A stretch of DNA of 59,731 nucleotides, taken from Octopus bimaculoides (lineage: Eukaryota). This document shows, piece after piece, positions 11,935 to 24,940 of this stretch (its first letter is position 1; the number at the start of each line of letters is the position of its first letter). The DNA lies in contig NC_068984.1 in NCBI RefSeq assembly GCF_001194135.2, positions 49,933,016-49,992,746 on the forward strand. The letters run 5' to 3'. The position numbers and the translations under genes were made by a program. The notes under the pieces were generated by a model that saw nothing but the letters and a program-made list of their open reading frames with translations, searched no databases and was not told the origin of the DNA.

Positions 11935-12155
11935 TTTGTGTTTGTGTCTGTGTTTGTTCCCCATCATTGCTTGACAACCGATGTTGGTGAGTTTACGTCC
12001 CCGTGATTTAGCGGTTCAGCAAAAGAAACCGATAGAATATGTGCCAGGCTTGCAAAGAATAAATCCAGGGGTCAATTTGTTTGACTAAAAGGCGTTGCTC
12101 CAGCATAGCCACAGTAAAATGACTGAAAGAAGTAAAAGGGTTAGGGAATAAAAAA
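11935..12155 (+). mobile_element. Second SINE family B 3' half, in tandem with the previous one
   Basis: Same motif order, separated from the first by a TG microsatellite. Confidence 0.85.
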
Positions 12156-12338
12156 GAATTCTGACGCATAGGTCAATAAGCAGAGATACACATACACACG
12201 CGCGTGTGCATATGTAAATGGGAGAATTATAAGAATACTGAAAGAAGCAGAATTGGTGATATCTTTTCTTGTACGAGATATCTATCAGATTGAATTATGA
12301 AGTCTTATCAATGTGCTAATTAAAAAATAACAAGAATA

Positions 12339-12339
<1 letters not shown>

Positions 12340-12435
<96 letters not shown>

Positions 12436-12456
12436 TATATATATATATATATATAT
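12340..12456. repeat. (CA)n-(TA)n microsatellite
   Basis: Seen directly. Confidence 0.97.
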
Positions 12457-13099
12457 GAACGAAAGGAAGTAGCAGAAGCAAAGAAATCAGATAAAGGATG
12501 AAGTTTAGATTTATAAAATAGATGTAAAAAAGAGTAAACAAACATACAAAATTATCAACAAGCGAAACTTCAAATGCACTTTTTGGAAATTGAAAACAAA
12601 TTGCTTTTGAAACAATTCCACTTAAAAAAGAAATAGAATCTCTTGGTTGTAAAAGATCACTTTGACATTATAGTTGTCTTTCTTTTGAATTGCGTTTGTT
12701 AATTCCGTCTTTTCTCTTTTATTGCGTATGTGTTTTGATATTACTGCAATATCATGTTCAACTTAGCATTTCTAGGCAGAAAATTGACCTCAACTTATTA
12801 GCAAGTCATATTTTATTACTAAAAAGTCTTGAGCTTTAAGTCGAGCAAATTTTATTTTCATATGTTGTACAGTATAGATAAAAACAAAATAGATTTGTTT
12901 GCATCTAGGTTGATATCTGAGAAATGCAATTAGGAGATGCAGTTACGACTACAATTCTGATTTGTAAACAAAACACACAGGAACACGAATTCAAACACAT
13001 ATACAGACACACAAAAACACACACATATGTACATACACACACATACGTACATCTACACACAAAAACATACTCTCTCATACACACTCGTCCTCCTTTGTT

Positions 13100-14000
13100 G
13101 GTAAAGACACTAGTACAAAAAGAATACATTCGGATTGATATTTATCCCGTAGTGAGGCTTTATGATATTTAAATATATTTTAGTTCTTCTTGGTTGGGTT
13201 TAGATTATGGCATAGGGTTAGCGTTCGTACAAAGATTGCATGGTTCTTTATATCTGGCTATGATATACTAGCTCTAGGGAACATTTTCTTTAGTTTCGAA
13301 TTCTTTAATTTTAAATTACAATGTAATCAGAAATTGAAGTGGAAATACTTCTGGGATAAGTTCGGACGATTATGTATGTCCCTTTTAGTTAAAAGGAAAG
13401 GGAGTAGCAATAAGGGCAATAGGTGTTTTTACAGTATTTGCAGTGTGCGTATTATATTTGTACACCATATCCTTTGCTAAGTAATTAAAATTCAAAAAGT
13501 AATTAGTTGGGATAGTGAAGCTGTAGTTTGTAGGTCTGGTAGGTGAAGATCTAGTTGCGTTTAATTTGATGAAAAGAAGTAATAATTTATTCAAAGTTAA
13601 ATGTAGTAGAATATAAAATATTGACAACTCTCATATTAGAAATTCTATAATTCCAGTGTCATGGATCGTGGATTGAACCATCAAATGTTACCTTTTCTAT
13701 TTCAATGGTGAGATGTTTGGTTGTCAGTTGTGTTTAAGTGTTTTCCTCTTTAATAATGGATAATAATGTTTAGGTCTTTTCTTCTTTAATGTTATATAAG
13801 TACGAATTTGTGGTAACTGGAGGAAGAGTTAAAGCTTTGTTCGTTGCTAGAAGTTATTTAAATTAATTCTTTGATATACTTAGGACTGTTTAGCCATAAA
13901 ACTAAAGGTTTCATTAGACTTCTTGCAAGGGTAGTATAAAAACGATAAAATTCAGGGTAAAATCTGTGAGATTTGCTATCGTAATGTTGGTATTTATACT
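13100..14000 (-). mobile_element. Decayed Penelope-like element: RT-endonuclease linker and GIY-YIG remnant
   Basis: Minus strand NRKGNI*WFNP (about 13670-13700; cf. RKRNIIWFNPP), LAKDMVYKY...PIALIATPF, SDYI, KEPCNLC, in the expected order. Confidence 0.65.
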
Positions 14001-14035
14001 TAAAAGTAGTTCAGAGCTAAAAAAAGAAAAAAACG

Positions 14036-14206
14036 TGTGTGTGTGTTTGTCTTCCCCATCATCACACAACGTATCCGTAAGTGGTATTCGGCAAAAGTAC
14101 CAGGTTTAAAAGTAAGTCGTAGGTCGATTTGTTCGACTAAACTATTCACAGCGAGGCTACACCATGGTCCCAAGCCAATGGCTGACACACGTTAAAGGTA
14201 AAAGAG
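14036..14206 (+). mobile_element. Diverged SINE family B 3' half
   Basis: ggtattcggcaaaagtaccagg...ggtcgatttgttcgactaaa. Confidence 0.7.
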
Positions 14207-14539
14207 TATATTATATTGTATTAAACTTCGTATGTATGCTTGTATGTAAGTGGCTGCATATGTTTCTAGCCAGTTAGCTTGCGTACACTAATAATAATCT
14301 GCGCATTTGTATTGTACATTTTTAAAATATCAATTGTTGCTTACGGTCTTTTTATTTATGCCCCGAAATAATAAAGCACAACGCAATGATTAAGTTAAAC
14401 AGCAAAAAGTTTTACTATACGTTTTTTCGAAATAAATATGCAAACAAAAATCATTCAGAGCGTTAGATTTAATCATTCAGTAGGTCAGACAGCTTTTATG
14501 TTTACTTTCATTTATTTATTTATCTTTTCATCATTTTCA

Positions 14540-14574
14540 TTCTTCTTCTTCTTCTTCTTCTTCTTCTTCTTCTT

Positions 14575-14645
<71 letters not shown>
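14540..14645. repeat. Compound (TTC)n(TTA)n microsatellite
   Basis: Seen directly; it explains the poly-F/poly-L ORF. Confidence 0.98.
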
Positions 14646-14999
14646 GCTTTTAACCACTCCAAAATGCTTGAATAGCAAAAAGAGAAATTGGAAATGTAGC
14701 AGTGTAATTCATATGTTTTGTTACCTAATGTGACAGGCTCTATTTAACGATCTCTCTCTCTCCCTCCCCTCCTCCTCTCTCTCTCTATATATGCATGCAT
14801 GCATGTATCTATCTATCTATCTATCTATCTATCCTGACACATACACACGCACACACACTCACTCACGCATGTGCACACACACGCATACACAATTACACGC
14901 ACGCATTGAAAACATGATTAAGTTTTAGTTACATAATTTTGTATTAATGGTTTTAAAATATTTTTGCACGAGTTTTTTTTTTTTTTTGTAGTATAACTT

Positions 15000-16100
15000 C
15001 CTCAGACTAATCCTCTCTATCAGACTGTCTTTGTGTTGTTCCCGCTCTACAGTCATCAGAGGTCAAATGACAGGTGTTGTTATTATCACCGAAATTTGAA
15101 TTTTTTTTTTTTTGTCATTAGGTTTAAACAGTGTCGTAAAAAGATAGATATGATTACCATATCTTTATACTCAATATAACAACATGAATTGCAAAGTTTG
15201 GAAACAGAATTCAAATTTAAATATTAATTACATTAGTCATTCGATTCTTGTCAGCTGCCTTACAAGCCAGTCGATGGTTTTTGGATAATAAAACTTTTAG
15301 CTTTTGAGGTTTTGCTGTATATTTTTGGTATCGGTTTTTCAGTACCATTGTGATGCAAGGCACTTTGTGTTATGGTTTATTGTAGTTTTTGATAAATATA
15401 TTCTTCATTCATTTTATAGATAGTTTGGGTTTGATTCATATAATGCACATTTTTCTGTTTTGTGTATTTTTAATAGGAGTAGTATTATGCCGCATTTTTG
15501 ATAATACTGCTCTATTGCTTGGTATAATAGTTCATCAAAACACCTATTTTTTATTTCTTTATCTAGTGATTCATTTTCAGAGAAAAATCTAAATTCTGTT
15601 TTAAATAAGAATTTCGCCATTCAAAATCGTTTAAATTCTGCGTGCACATTCACACCAGGAGTTATAAATGAACTGCGTTTAGAAAGTGAATTTTAGTCGC
15701 ACTTTTGAAAAGCCTTCTCTTAATTTTTCTGTATATTCCTGTATTCCCATTATGACGACTATATCGTCAACATACTTGATAGATATCATATATTTATACC
15801 TTTACACTACTTTGCTTCCTTTCATGGATACGAAGAACATCGTGAATATATGGGTTTGAAACGATAACCCATGGCTATCCCTACTTTTTATTCATATAAT
15901 GTGCCTTGTCAGCAGTATTATAGTAAGTTTTCTTTTTATTTTATTCAATAATTTTACTCAGTATTGTTAGTTGACATAGTGGGTAATTTTATCACTAGGC
16001 ACTTGTATACAATATCTAATATAATTTCTATTGCTTCTATCACTGAAAACTTGATAAACAAACTTAGAGTATAAAAGAGTTTAACAAATGCTATCAATAG
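15000..16100 (-). mobile_element. Decayed Penelope-like element, RT through GIY-YIG
   Basis: Minus strand in order: SLFIKFSVIEAIEIILDIVY, QGTLYE*KVGIAMG (about 15870-15910), KYVDDIVVI...LKFTF (about 15690-15780), CNSCCYIE (about 15165-15195). Confidence 0.8.
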
Positions 16101-16129
16101 CAACAAACCTGAAGCATGCAAGCCTGCAA

Positions 16130-16600
16130 ACAAAGCCACGAATTCCGAATTCAATTGCAAACGTAAGAGGCTCTAGATTTTGCGACTTAAATTGTTGTAT
16201 TGGCCATACAAATACGACGACTGTCTACAGCCCGTTGTCTGTGAACGTACAACAAGGAGTAATTGCAATGCATTACATGAGACAATACGAAAGAAAACTA
16301 GAATGAAAGCCACTTATAAATAAAATAGTTGTCAGACAGTGGATTCCATATAAAATGTAGGGAATCAATGAGAGGAGCAATATCTAATAGCACTGTACAA
16401 TACTGTAATAAACACACATAAAACATCTACTAATTAGAAAGGAAAAGTGAAATACTCCTACACTGATGACAAATAAAGCAATCGACCAGACATCCAAAGA
16501 GCAGAAGCAAAACGCATTAAGGATACTTCATCTGAAAGATTTTGATGAAGGTCTCTAGATTTTGATGAAGGAATCTAGCTGATGCTAGATTCGAAAACCT
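16130..16600 (+). mobile_element. Decayed Penelope-like 3' end: GIY-YIG remnant plus degenerate hammerhead
   Basis: NCCIGHTNTTTVYS.LS.NVQQGVIAMHY (cf. YIGxTTTTLSRRLTMH), then ttgatga-ag-gaatctag-ctgatg-ctagattc-gaaaac at 16562-16598. Confidence 0.6.
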
Positions 16601-16830
16601 TACTGTTCCACACAAATTGCTTGGGTCTCATACAAATGTATGCAAAAAGTTGATACGGATACACGTTTAAAAGCATAGCTAACTTGTGTGTATATATGTA
16701 TATACATGCAAGCATCCATCCCACCATCCTAGCATACGCATCCATATATGCATGCACACATATATACCCAAACACGCATTTACATGCGTAAATACATACA
16801 CACACGCCGCACACACACACATATATATAT

Positions 16831-17000
16831 ATACGACGGGCTTCTTTCAGTTTCCGTCTACCAAATCCACTCTAAAGGTTTGGTCAGCCCGAGGTTATAG
16901 TAGAAGACATTTGCCCAAGGTGCGGTGCAGTGGGACTGAACCTGGGAGCATGTGATTGATAAGCAAGCTACTTACCACATAGACAGCCACTACTGCGCCC
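16831..17000 (-). mobile_element. SINE family B short form (tRNA head plus CORE-like domain)
   Basis: Reverse complement reads head gtggtaagtagcttgc...ggttcagtcccactgcaccgcaccttgggcaaatgtcttctactataacctcggg...ggtagacggaaactgaaagaagcccgtcg. Confidence 0.9.
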
Positions 17001-17040
<40 letters not shown>

Positions 17041-17154
17041 NNNNNNNNNNNNNNNNNNNNNNNNNNNNNNNNNNNNNNNNNNNNNNNNNNNNNNNNNNNN
17101 NNNNNNNNNNNNNNNNNNNNNNNNNNNNNNNNNNNNNNNNNNNNNNNNNNNNNN

Positions 17155-17338
17155 AACTCCTACATTCTCTTATGAACCTTTACGAACGATCCAACAACAA
17201 ATACAAAAAGAAAGGAAGGAGAAATACTGACAGTAAAAGAAAACTATTTAAGTATCAAAACTGAAACAATCACATTTCGATACTGTAATGAGTGCAAGAT
17301 ATATACATAACAATAATAAATCTCTGAATATACGTACG

Positions 17339-17371
<33 letters not shown>

Positions 17372-17771
17372 GCATGCATATATGTACACACTTACATATA
17401 TATGTATATACAAATGCATATAAGNNNNNNNNNNAATATTCTAAATACCATAACTTAGGTCACAGTGTCATTTTTTCCGTCAAACTAACTCCCATTTACG
17501 AATAAAATCCATAAAACTACATAAATTAACATTTTCCCCTCTAATAAAATCTAATTTCCAATTTCTACTACCTTTACAAATCCTTTCAACTCCTACATTC
17601 TCTTATGAACCTTTACGAACGATCCAACAACAAATACAAAAAGAAAGGAAGGAGAAATACTGACAGTAAAAGAAAACTATTTAAGTATCAAAACTGAAAC
17701 AATCACATTTCGATACTGTAATGAGTGCAAGATATATACATAACAATAATAAATCTCTGAATATACGTACG

Positions 17772-17804
<33 letters not shown>

Positions 17805-17857
17805 GCATGCATATATGTACACACTTACATATATATGTATATACAAATGCATATAAG
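17155..17857. other. Exact 270-bp duplication beside gaps (17155-17424 = 17588-17857); probable assembly artefact
   Basis: Copies are identical including microsatellite length; the first copy is bounded by N runs on both sides. Confidence 0.85.
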
Positions 17858-18897
17858 GGCACAGGACACCACAGAACGTAAACAACACGAAACACAAAAT
17901 TAACATGAAATACGAAATACGAAAACATGGAATACGAACTTTTTTTGCGAACAACGAAAGAAACAAATGGAAAACAAAACAAGCAACATCAGTTTTCGAT
18001 TGTTTTTCTACTTCGTATTTCGTGCAATTCATGACAAGATACGTTTTCGACCAAACAGTTGCTCCTGCAACGCAAATATATACATATATATAGACATACA
18101 GATACATACATATACATATATATANNNNNNNNNNNNNNNNNNNNNNNNNNNNNNNNNNNNNNNNNNNNNNNNNNNNNNNNNNNNNNNNNNNNNNNNNNNN
18201 NNNNNNNNNNNNNNNNNNNNNNNNNNNNNNNNNNNNNNNNNNNNNNNNNNNNNNNNNNNNNNNNNNNNNNNNNNNNNNNNNNNNNNNNNNNNNNNNNNNN
18301 NNNNNNNNNNNNNNNNNNNNNNNNNNNNNNNNNNNNNNNNNNNNNNNNNNNNNNNNNNNNNNNNNNNNNNNNNNNNNNNNNNNNNNNNNNNNNNNNNNNN
18401 NNNNNNNNNNNNNNNNNNNNNNNNNNNNNNNNNNNNNNNNNNNNNNNNNNNNNNNNNNNNNNNNNNNNNNNNNNNNNNNNNNNNNNNNNNNNNNNNNNNN
18501 NNNNNNNNNNNNNNNNNNNNNNNNNNNNNNNNNNNNNNNNNNNNNNNNNNNNNNNNNNNNNNNNNNNNNNNNNNNNNNNNNNNNNNNNNNNNNNNNNNNN
18601 NNNNNNNNNNNNNNNNNNNNNNNNNNNNNNNNNNNNNNNNNNNNNNNNNNNNNNNNNNNNNNNNNNNNNNNNNNNNNNNNNNNNNNNNNNNNNNNNNNNN
18701 NNNNNNNNNNNNNNNNNNNNNNNNNNNNNNNNNNNNNNNNNNNNNNNNNNNNNNNNNNNNNNNNNNNNNNNNNNNNNNNNNNNNNNNNNNNNNNNNNNNN
18801 NNNNNNNNNNNNNNNNNNNNNNNNNNNNNNNNNNNNNNNNNNNNNNNNNNNNNNNNNNNNNNNNNNNNNNNNNNNNNNNNNNNNNNNNNNNNNNNNN

Positions 18898-18948
<51 letters not shown>

Positions 18949-19304
18949 TATATATATTGAAAGTAATAGAAATGAAGCTTATATATATAGATACATAACG
19001 AAAGTAATTGAAATTGAAACCATATAATAGTGAAAGTATTAACAGAGATGTTATTCTTTCACTTTTGAGATGTAATACGGAAACAGTGTAAGAGATAAGA
19101 GATTGCTCTCGCTTTAGGCAAGAAGCTTAAATTTTATGTTTGGGGTGGGGCATGACACTGCTTTTGTCTCTAAGTAAGGCATGTGTAAAATCTGAATGAA
19201 ATCGGTTGGGTAGTTCTTGAGCTTTATTGATGCACACATGCAGATAGACGGACAGATAGACAAACGTTCTCAGCGACAGACAGATAGATAGACAGATAGA
19301 AGAC

Positions 19305-19583
19305 CCCTTAGAAAGCTCCCCTCAGAGGCACAAGCCCTGACAAGGTTGTTTATAGATGACCAAACTCCCCTTTCCACGCCACCGATGTTAATCAAGGGAA
19401 AGACAAAAGCCGATACAGCCTGGCACCAGTGGCGTCGCAACTCATTTCTGCAACTGAGTGAACTGGAGCAATGTTCTTGAGCAAGGGTCTTGCACAAGAA
19501 CACAACACACAGCCCGGTCAGGCAATCCAACTAACTACCTCATGATTGTTATTGAGCCCGATGCTTTACTCACTTAGCCATGC
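19305..19583 (-). mobile_element. SINE family D (tRNA head, tgtgttcttgtgcaagac...ttgctccagttcactcag core)
   Basis: Plus strand ctgagtgaactggagcaatgttcttgagcaagggtcttgcacaagaacacaac; head remnant gctttactcacttagccatgc. Confidence 0.7.
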
Positions 19584-19593
19584 AGACAGACAG

Positions 19594-19681
<88 letters not shown>

Positions 19682-20221
19682 ACGTACATACATACATACA
19701 TACATACATACATACATACATGCATACATACATACATACATACATACATACATACACACATTATATTCCATTCTGTGGACAGTTTGAAACTTCTGTTTGA
19801 TGGCGTAGGTCTTCATACAGTCCTCCATTTCTACTGTTTAAAATTGATAAGATAGGTTTTCAACAGCGAGCAAGCGAGATGTCATCTTTGATTAAGCTTC
19901 ATGTTTTATGAAATTATATACTTCGCGAAGCAAATTCAGCATAGCCTTTTGTTTTTTCGTTTAATATGATTTTCTTTTTTGCATCAATGTCTATACCGGT
20001 TTCGCTTTCTAAACGGATATTCATCGCAGATTTTACATTCCCTTGGTAAATATCTAATGGTTGATAAACCGACTGACTGTCAGATGTTTTGCAGTATCGA
20101 ATTAAAGATTCGTTCAGATTATTGATTAACACTGAGTGGATGTATGCGGTTCATTGAATATTCATAACAATCAACTTCTCGCCATTCGAAACCAATGTGT
20201 GTCGCGCACGCACACGCACAC

Positions 20222-20252
<31 letters not shown>

Positions 20253-20270
20253 TCTACGTATACATATGAA

Positions 20271-20331
<61 letters not shown>

Positions 20332-20513
20332 GACCCACATACCTAACATTATGTGCGTATGCTTGTATGTGTGTACACATGCATACATACATATGTATAC
20401 AAATGCATTATATATATATATATGTCCTTTACCCAGATATGCACCTATACATACAGGTGGATGTCGGTATGCACATACCTGTACGTATATATGCATATAC
20501 TCATTTACTATTT

Positions 20514-20550
<37 letters not shown>

Positions 20551-21934
20551 TATGTATCAGTGTATGTGTGTATACACACATAAATTGTCATGCATACATA
20601 GGTATGTACACGCATAGCAATAAAAAAGAGAAACACTTAGACATATAGTCACACACGCAAAGAAAGAGAGCGATGGGTGTGAAGTAGAGAAAGTGAGAGA
20701 GAGAGAGAGAAAGAAAGAACGAACATTATTTCATTGTATATATGAAAGTTATCACCTCTAATGCTTTCTGCTTTTATATCTGCTGTATTCGTATTCAATA
20801 TCAAATGTATAATATAGTCTATAATGTGCTAGCTTCTGTAGTTTGAAACTCAGGTAGTGTTTGAAGTTGTTTCTTAGTTATAAATCTCGGGAGAATACTT
20901 ACTGCAGTTTCTTGAAACCACGAGAAGAAACTAAATCTTTATATGGCGATGTAAGATATTTCTTTTGATCTTAACTACATGAAATTCAACAATAGAAAGC
21001 ACGTTAAAAATAGAAGAAAAGGTATAGAAATATTATGCAGTTACAGAAATATGCCCCATTTCATAAATATGCCAATATGAGCGTATCAGGTAACAAGTTC
21101 GCATCGGTTGCTAAACAAAGTTTTCATAATTTTATTGTGACATGAAATGGAACAAGACTTTACTCGATTATTGCAACTCTAAAAGGTATACCAAGTCATA
21201 AATTATTCAAACTATCTTAAAGGGCTCATGTTTCAAAAAATTTATGTTTGGGCTTAAATCCTTACGCAGCGTGTAGGGCAAAAATTTGTGTTTGGGTTTG
21301 AACTCCCTACACACTATCTACAGAAAGTATCTTCTACCACCATAAAGCATCAATCCAAGCCTTGGGTAGTCGACTTAACCAGTAAACTTTTAGTAGAATC
21401 CTCTCTGAAGATGAACACAAAGCCGCGAAATTGTTCTCCTTCGACCATGAAACCGCTTGTTGGAGATCTTGCAGAATATCGAAGAGTGGAAAGTGAATAG
21501 GAATGGCAAGTCGGATCAAATGTTTTTCAGTTATTTAGTTATGTACGGTTTAAGAAAATTGGCTCAAATTCCGTTTGCTTAACGTTTGTCTTTATTTGTC
21601 GCAGAATATAAATATCGGGCGATAGATTCGATCTTTAATATCTCATTTTCTGCCGTTTTTCCTTACAAAACCAGTTTTCTTGTTTTTATTTTTTATTTTT
21701 TGAAAGATTTGATATACGGTTTAAGAGTATTGTGATGGTTGTTTGATTACAGTATAGAGCACCAACCTCATATTTAAACATCTTAAGTACAATACTAAAT
21801 TATTGAATTAAATGTTGGTCCTCTCAGTACTGAGTTATTCGTCTGGAGATAATACATGGAGTTCTGTTATATTCCGAGGTCGATTAAAACAGTTGTACAA
21901 ACTCTCAAGGAAAACCAAACTAACCACTGACTAA

Positions 21935-22150
21935 TTATGTTGTCAGGCAACCTGCTAAAAATATCAGTTAAATTTGTCTTTGCATCACAACTCTACTGTC
22001 TTTACAAAAGGAAAGACCCGTTATTAGGTCATGCAGTCCTAGATACATTACTTCTGAGTAAAAGAAAACGGAATGGTTACTGCTAGAACGTTTTTGATCC
22101 TTGGTCTACCGGACCAGAGCTTACAACAAGCTTATCAACAGCTGCAACGA
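21935..22150 (+). mobile_element. Diverged interspersed repeat tail (family E, probable SINE); a related piece lies at 42200-42295 on the minus strand
   Basis: gcaacctgctaaaatatcag...catcacaactctactgtc...gtcctagatacattac...ggaatggttactgctagaacg, followed by AAC-rich sequence. Confidence 0.45.
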
Positions 22151-22820
22151 CAAAAACAACAGCAGCAAGAATAACAGCAACAACTACAACGAAAAATTTT
22201 GTCTAGTAAAATGAAATCAGTATTGTGAATGAGGTAAATGCAGTAGGCAAACCATAATCTCTTCGTGACGCAGTGCGTCTGTCTCCACTCTTGATGAACG
22301 ACAATTCAATTATGCCACTAATGTCCTTGAAACAGTAATAAATATTACATCAATCACCTACCTTATAAATTATTTGTGGCATGTTGCCTAAGTAAAAACA
22401 AAAAGAACAAAAAAAAAATCAATATCATATTCTCAGTAGCATTTTTTTATTTTTATTTTGCTTAAAAGTTTGTCCTAGACTACATCTCTTTATGAACAAA
22501 ACTACTCATAATCTGTACCAAATACGAAGTAATATACAATTAATAAGAAAACCCAACAGAACATAAAATGGTGTTAGCAGTAACCTCCCATGGGGACATA
22601 TCCTGTAAACTAAGTCTGGGTTCTATTCATATCTTTTACACGTCTAACAGCTCGCGGAGTGTATGAAGCTCACACATTCTCAAACATTTGAAACTTACAA
22701 AATACTATAAATATGTGTTCTCGAGCTTTATTTTTATTAATATATATTATCTTAGAACGAGATCAAGACTATATTACAGTCGTTGTTGAACTCCAGGTCA
22801 ACCTTAATTAAATAGATAGT

Positions 22821-23195
22821 TATGGCTGCGTGGTTAAGAAACTCGCTTAGTAACCACGCAGTTTCGGGTTCAGTCATACTTCGCAACACCTTCTGCGATT
22901 GCACCGAACCGACCAATGCCTTGTGAGTGGACTTGCTAAAAGAAATAGTATGTAAGCCCATTGTATATGTATATGTATGTCTGTGTATCTCCTTGTGACT
23001 GCGGTTGTTCGTCCACCGCCTGACAACCGGTGTGGGTTTGTTTAGATCCCCGTAACTTAACAGTTCGGCAAAAGAGTCAAATAGAATAATGATCAGACTT
23101 TAAAATAAGTACTAGGGTGGGGGCGATTTGTTCGACTAAATCTTTCGTGGCGGTGCCCCAGCATGGCTGTAGTCCGATGTCTGAAACAAGGAAAT
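22821..23195 (+). mobile_element. SINE family B long form, diverged
   Basis: tatggctgcgtggttaagaaactcgc...gggttcagtc head, gccttgtgagtgga core, and the B tail. Confidence 0.85.
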
Positions 23196-23364
23196 AAATA
23201 AATATATAAACGATATAAGATAAAGATATGTTCTAAGTAATTCATCCACTCCATTACCACCTCCAGCAGTTGTTTGCTTAAGTGAGAAACGAACGTATAA
23301 TGAGGTGAGCATCGCAGAGTCGGTAAGGAATTCCTAGCTACCAAAAATATATTTACTTAACTTC

Positions 23365-23778
23365 TTTTATTTCTTCTACTCGTATCAGTCGTTTGACGGC
23401 GGCCATGCTAGGGCAATCCTTGAAGGGTTTTAGTCGAACAAATAGAAACCAGCACTTATGTTTCTTTTAAAGTCTTATACTTATTTCATCAGCCTCTTTT
23501 GCCTAGCCGCTAGGTTACGATGACGTAAATAAACCAACGCTGGTTATGTAAAGTGGTGGTAGTGAAAATGACACACACACACAAACATACGCGCGCACAC
23601 AGACACAGACATATGAGATTGACTTCTACACAGCTTCTGTCTACCAAATTCACTAACAAGATATTGGTCAACGTGGGCCTTTAGTGGAAGCCACCTGCCC
23701 AAGGTACCGCGCGTGGGGACTGAACCCGATATCACATGACTGCAAAAGTGAGCTTCTTACCCTCATAGCCATGCCTGC
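23365..23778 (-). mobile_element. SINE family B long form, diverged
   Basis: Head at 23690-23778 (gcccaaggtaccgcgcgtggggactgaaccc); tail at 23365-23560. Confidence 0.85.
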
Positions 23779-23829
23779 TCTTAAGAATATAACCACCCAA
23801 TCCTGATCTCTCACTGATCTACGAATATT

Positions 23830-24039
23830 CTTTTCTCCTCTAGGTACAAGGCCTGAAATTTTGAGGGAGGGGAACAGTCGATTAGATCGACCCCAGTACG
23901 CAACTGGTACTTAATAAATCGACCCTGAAAGGATGAAAGGTAAAGTCGACCTCGCCGGTATTTGAACTCAGAACGTAGACAGAGGAAATACCGCAAGCAT
24001 TTCACCCGGCGTGCTAACGTTTCTGCCAGCTCGTTGCTT
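23830..24039 (-). mobile_element. SINE family C (alternative tail) with 19-bp TSD
   Basis: TSD tcactgatctacgaatatt 23811-23829 / tcactgatctatgaatatt 24040-24058. Confidence 0.92.
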
Positions 24040-24187
24040 TCACTGATCTATGAATATTGACCTAGTCTTGTAGCTGTTGAATATGGAAACGAATTTCTTT
24101 TTTGCTTGAAAAGATTCCTTTCAGTTACCTTTCCGAAGGTCTCTAGAAAGACTGTGTAAAAGATATAAATAGAACCCAGACTTAGTT

Positions 24188-24488
24188 TATCTCTTATTTT
24201 ACACATGATTGCTTATAACTTGCTACCCACCATAGCCACTTTTGTACCATTAGGAGTAGATCCCTAAATATTCTAGCAACAACACAGGACTTAAACATAT
24301 AGAAATGCAATTTCATAATCGTTGAGTCAAAATTGCAGACCACCAAACAACATTTTAATTATTCGATCTCAGAATAAGTTATAGCTAGACTGGAGAAGAT
24401 CTTATAGCTTTGATATTTCTTGCAGACATTTCGATATCTCTTATTTTACACATGATTACTTATAACTTGCCACCCACCGTAACCACTT
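24188..24488. repeat. 54-bp direct repeat (24188-24241 and 24435-24488, 4 mismatches)
   Basis: tatctcttattttacacatgatt[g/a]cttataacttgc[t/c]acccacc[a/g]ta[g/a]ccactt. Confidence 0.92.
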
Positions 24489-24842
24489 CTTGAATATTCA
24501 AACATTGTAGCCATGTGAATGCTCACACCTAGCACTATAAATCTATTTGCTTCCTTGCGACTACTTAAATCCAGACTTTCTTTCTTTCTTTATTTCTTTC
24601 TTTCTTTCTTTCTTTCCATTTCACCTCTCATTCTATTCTTGCCGTGCCATCTCTCCTCATAGACAGAAGCAAGTTATCACTACAGAAAATGGAGGTCAGC
24701 GAGAAGTTTAATAGATTTCTTAATATCAGGCCCCTATGTAAAGAAAAATAAAAAAGAGCAAATTCTGGATGTTTGTAAAAACAACAAGCAGTCATGATAA
24801 TATAAAAGATGTGTTATTTTATCCGAGTGAAAATAAAGCCTA

Positions 24843-24940
24843 GATAACAACACCACCAGCAATAATCCTATGAATTCACCACGTTGCTTAGGATAACAAC
24901 ACCACCAGCAATAATCCTATGAATTCACCACGTTGCTTAG
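24843..24940. repeat. Perfect 49-bp tandem duplication
   Basis: gataacaacaccaccagcaataatcctatgaattcaccacgttgcttag x2. Confidence 0.97.

Noticed and set aside
17155-17857. 270-bp direct duplication as a real segmental repeat
   Set aside because: Copies are 100% identical and the first is bounded by N gaps; most likely a scaffolding artefact.
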